In this document: positions 60,500 through 64,000 of the stretch, one piece after another | Position numbering within the stretch: position 1 is the first letter of the stretch | Layout: every line of letters starts with the position of its first letter | Assembly: GCA_963788655.1 (NCBI GenBank) | Contig: CAWBHS010000008.1 | Span: forward strand, 25,989-89,988 | Source: an uncultured Verrucomicrobiae bacterium | GTDB taxonomy: Bacteria; Verrucomicrobiota; Verrucomicrobiia; Limisphaerales; JAFGQR01 | Reading direction: 5' to 3' | DNA length: 64,000 nucleotides | Notes under the pieces: model-generated | The model's database searches: none | What the model saw: the letters and a program-made list of their open reading frames with translations, nothing else | What the model was told of the DNA's origin: nothing | Position numbers and translations under genes: made by a program

Positions 60500-63058
60500 C
60501 TATTTCGTCCGGATCGTTTGGCCTTTCAGCACGGTCCATTGGTCGGTATCGGGATCGCCGATCTCGACGGTGTAGGTGCCGGATTCGAAAACAAACGGCT
60601 TGAACCGGTGTCCGCCGCAGCGCAACGCATAGACCAATTCCCCCGTCTTCCCGTGGGTAACTTTCACGACCGCATTGGTCACGCCGACCGGGGCGATGCA
60701 TTCGGGGAGGTAGCCGGCCCGCGGGCGTCCGTAGTTGTCGGTCTGCGAGATCGTCAGCGGCCATCCGGCGAACTGATTGGTGGCATTGCCGTCCAGGGCG
60801 TTGGCGAGGAAGTGATAGCAGTCGCAGGTGTAGGTGTGCTGCTGCGTATTCACGCGCACCAGACCGAAGCCGGAACTTTTGATCTGGGCCCGCAGATACC
60901 GATTCGGAGCCTGACTGCCGGCGGGATTGCCTACCGCGGACACGTAAATCAAGTTGCCAAAACCGTCGCGATACTCGCCCGTGTCAGGCAAGCCGTGCGC
61001 CGGCCGTTCCGTGTGCGGTCGGCCAATTTCGTCCGGCAACCACCATCGTTGATAGCCGGCCGCCACCGACGGTACACAAAAGGCCCAATCGCTGTCGCGC
61101 GGTTGGTCCACGCCGTATTGGATCAGCAGGGCCAGATGCTGGTCGCCGCTCAGGTGCAACGCAAATCCTTCGCGCATCAGGCGGATCGCGCGATCGCGTC
61201 CGGCCCGCGGCCAGCCGCCCGAATCCAAATCGGCCTGCAGGTAATTGGCTCGCTGGCCCGAGTGTGTGGTGGCGTTGGCGAAGATCGTTTGGCTCAACAC
61301 CATTTTCATGTCCGCGCCCCGCCAGTCGGCCACCCAATGCTTGAGGAATTTCTCCTGGCGTGGTCCCAGCAATTGCAGGCCCGGCTTTTCGAGCTTGTCC
61401 ATGTTGAAGTTTGGATCCAAAACCCAATCCGGCCGCCCGTTGCCGGTGCTGACGTTCTCCGGTCCCGACTTGAACTGCCGGTCCGCAATGATCGCCAAGC
61501 TCACGCGGCCGTACACCATGTCGCCGTAAAAAACGCCCATGCCCTGCTTGATCGGCGTCGGGTCGTAAAAATCCGGGTGGTGCGCGCAACTGGTGGCATA
61601 GACCACGTGAATCATCCGCAACGGTTCGAGGTAGCCCCCGCTCGAACTGTCGCTGCCGCCCTTGGGCATCGGCGCGCCTGCTTCGCCCCACAGGTTGCCT
61701 TGAAATACGTCATGGTCGTCGGGCAGCACAATGGTGGGCCGGTCGCGCATCACGTCGCCGAACGCCCAGCCAAACAAATACCACTTGCGCAAGTAATTGA
61801 GGATTGCCCGATCCGCCGGTTCGCGGATGATGCCATACCCACCGTTGGCCTCGTAGATTTGGTCGCCCGAGAAGAACAACACATCGACCCCGAGGTGCTT
61901 CAGGTTCTCGGCCACCGGCGCATACGGGAACCCATAAAAAAACTGGCCGGTCATGCCCGCGACCTTCACCGGCCGCCCGGTCGGCTCTCGACGAATGGTT
62001 CCCGGCCAGTACGTGTCCCGCGCTTGGCCATCCTTGCCGGTTTCCGTATAGACCAAACGATACGGCGTATCGGCCTGCTGATTCCAATGCGGGATACGGA
62101 ACGTCGCCGCGCGCGAATCCGCCCCGATCTTTTGTTCGCCCAAGATTTGCCATTGTCCCTGGCGCTGAATCTGCAACCGCACGGTATCGCGGTCCTCCGC
62201 GCCCATCGGCGGCAATTGGGCGGTCAGCTTCAGCACGTAACCTTCGGCGCTACGATTGTTGCTCAGCGTGTACATGGACCACAAGATCGGCCCCCAGGCG
62301 CGTTCGGGATGCGCCTCAATCTTGTCCCCGCTGACTTGCCAGTCGGCGAACCAGAACCGTGAACCGTTCCGGACCTGTGCGGCAAAATTGTTGACCAACG
62401 CGAGGTTCCCCACCAACCGGTCGGCCGCGATGCCATCCACGGTGGCCTTGCCGATGACTTGGCCCGTGAGGTGATCCGTAACCGTCAGCGTCAGGGCATA
62501 GCCGCCGGCCTTCGGTTCACCGTGCAATTGGATGAGCATGTCCTCCATGGATGGCTCGGTGGCCAACTTCGTGGATTGATGGTCCAGGTAAAGGAATCCA
62601 TTACCAAGGCCGGCCTGGATGCCTTGGCCAAAAAAACAGTCGCTGCGATAATCGTTGATGTCGTCGTGAATCCCGACGCGGAAGCCCGCCCCGCCCCGTG
62701 GGCCGCGCTCGAGCACACCGCAACGCACGGACAACGTGAACCGGCCGCGGCCGGCGCGCAATTGCCGGGTGAGCAAATGCACATTGCGGTTTCCACCGCG
62801 GCTCAAACATTCGATCCTCCCGTCCTTGACCTGCCAGTCCTCCATCGGGTTCGCCCAATATTGCGCGCCCAGCCAGACGCGGTTGTGCGTGTTGGTGAAC
62901 TGGCTATGGAAGGAACCCGCGCCGCCGGTGGCAGCACTGGCGCGAGAATGATCCGGCGCCAGCAGTCCCAACACCACCGGGAGCAACAGAGCAAAAAGGA
63001 CGCGGCCTTGATTGGTGATGGCACCAGTGAAGGGATGCAGTGTTTTGCGTGTTTTCAT
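60500..63058 (-). CDS. PhoD-like metallophosphoesterase with an N-terminal beta-sandwich domain
   Basis: SGDQIYE, PDDHDV, DRQFK, LSGDQH motifs; signal peptide. Confidence 0.8.
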   Translation of the reverse strand: MKTRKTLHPFTGAITNQGRVLFALLLPVVLGLLAPDHSRASAATGGAGSFHSQFTNTHNRVWLGAQYWANPMEDWQVKDGRIECLSRGGNRNVHLLTRQLRAGRGRFTLSVRCGVLERGPRGGAGFRVGIHDDINDYRSDCFFGQGIQAGLGNGFLYLDHQSTKLATEPSMEDMLIQLHGEPKAGGYALTLTVTDHLTGQVIGKATVDGIAADRLVGNLALVNNFAAQVRNGSRFWFADWQVSGDKIEAHPERAWGPILWSMYTLSNNRSAEGYVLKLTAQLPPMGAEDRDTVRLQIQRQGQWQILGEQKIGADSRAATFRIPHWNQQADTPYRLVYTETGKDGQARDTYWPGTIRREPTGRPVKVAGMTGQFFYGFPYAPVAENLKHLGVDVLFFSGDQIYEANGGYGIIREPADRAILNYLRKWYLFGWAFGDVMRDRPTIVLPDDHDVFQGNLWGEAGAPMPKGGSDSSSGGYLEPLRMIHVVYATSCAHHPDFYDPTPIKQGMGVFYGDMVYGRVSLAIIADRQFKSGPENVSTGNGRPDWVLDPNFNMDKLEKPGLQLLGPRQEKFLKHWVADWRGADMKMVLSQTIFANATTHSGQRANYLQADLDSGGWPRAGRDRAIRLMREGFALHLSGDQHLALLIQYGVDQPRDSDWAFCVPSVAAGYQRWWLPDEIGRPHTERPAHGLPDTGEYRDGFGNLIYVSAVGNPAGSQAPNRYLRAQIKSSGFGLVRVNTQQHTYTCDCYHFLANALDGNATNQFAGWPLTISQTDNYGRPRAGYLPECIAPVGVTNAVVKVTHGKTGELVYALRCGGHRFKPFVFESGTYTVEIGDPDTDQWTVLKGQTIRTK

Positions 63059-63247
63059 GCGTGAAACGCTAAACCCGCGGCGGGGCGGAAGTAAAGGTGG
63101 AGCGTTATTGGAGCAGTGCCGGATTGAAAGCCGGAGGTGAAAGATCGAAGTGGCAGTAATCCATTAAAGCGAGCCTTCCATGTCCCTATAATTCCGCCTC
63201 GGCGGCCGAAGTTGAAGTGCCATCGGATAGTGATCGTGAAACTATAT

Positions 63248-64000
63248 TTATGCCGTTCGGGGAGGTCGGCGGCAGCCATCCGCGCGGCCCAACCGGGGAA
63301 GTGGATTGTTGCCCTTGGCGTTCGGAATTGGTGGTCCCATCGTCGCCGGATAAACCGAAACGGCAACCGGCGGAGGCGAACTGGTCGGAGGCAGCGAGGT
63401 TGGCACCTCGGGCACGGGGTTCGCTTGCGACCAAAGCGGTTGCGGACGTGTGGCGGCCAAGCCTTCGTCCTCTAGTTGATAGCGATCCGTGGGAATCTCG
63501 ATCTTCTCGGCATTGTTCAAGGGTTCCGCATCGATCAGCGGTTCCGACGCCGCACGGTGCGCTGCCACGAGCGGTTGACTCGGCTGAATATACGGCTGCG
63601 CCGCGACGACCGGCGGAGCGGGTTGCGCGGCAGATTCTGTGACTGGTTGTATCATGGTAGGTGTGCGGGCGACGGCGCCATCCGCCGCGGGCGAAATGCG
63701 TCGCGCTCGGTATCGTTTAGCGGAACGACTTTCGGGGATTCCGCAATCATGCGATCGGACTGACCAATTTCAGGTGCTACCGACGCAAGAAAACCCTGAC
63801 CGCCCCGGCGTAGCTGCCGGACGTCGTCCCCTGCCCTGCTCCAAACAGTACGCCGGCCAGTTCGCCGCGATGGTTGAAGATCGGTCCGCCGGAGTCGCCT
63901 TGTCGGGCTTGCACGTTGACTTCGACCATTTCGAACGGGAAGTTCATCCCGGGGGCGAGCATACCGCGTGCAGCGTCCGGTCGCGGCGCGGTACTGCCTG
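63248..64000 (-). CDS. 3' part of a trypsin-like serine protease with a Pro-rich tail; several frameshifts, 5' end outside the window
   Basis: ARQGDSGGPIFNHRGELAGVLFG catalytic Ser motif; Pro-rich ORF 63248-63655 follows on the same strand. Confidence 0.6.

Noticed and set aside
60146..60502. Diversity-generating retroelement TR/VR pair
   Set aside because: Mismatches are not adenine-specific, the match is only about 42 bp, and there is no reverse transcriptase in the window.
1..64000. CRISPR array or cas genes, including a CRISPR-associated transposon reading of 24935-28341
   Set aside because: No regularly spaced identical repeats with unique spacers and no Cas motifs were seen; the 23-bp end repeats are degenerate and separated by only 1 and 10 bp.

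Overview
Bacterial chromosomal segment of roughly 60% GC. The host is most likely a Pedosphaera/Limisphaera-like member of the Verrucomicrobiota; this is inferred from the PEP-CTERM protein, the CAZyme-rich content and the style of the intergenic repeats, not from a search. Content: (1) many secreted glycan-degrading enzymes (GH32, GH95, GH51, GH127, GH29, DUF2961/GH172, an uncharacterised six-hairpin glycosidase-like protein) plus an M60-like peptidase; (2) housekeeping genes (gatC/gatA, rpoN, infA, tRNA-Arg(CCG), tRNA-Lys(TTT), lemA with an M48 peptidase, a CopA-type ATPase); (3) a decayed type I restriction-modification islet beside tRNA-Arg, whose hsdM is split by a 3.4-kb four-gene transposon (Zn-finger ORF, Mu/IS481-type DDE transposase, ExeA-like AAA ATPase, orphan ORF) with TGT...ACA ends and three 23-bp subterminal repeats; (4) a stand-alone PduS-like/PduT-like microcompartment gene pair; (5) a toxin-antitoxin pair and several families of REP/MITE-like repeats. 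About a dozen genes, including the normally essential gatA, carry small frameshifts, most likely uncorrected long-read indel errors. No CRISPR array or rRNA was seen. All family assignments come from motif recognition, not database searches. The best candidates for undescribed biology are the four-gene transposon, the orphan pduS-pduT pair and the M60-GH127-GH51-GH95 run.
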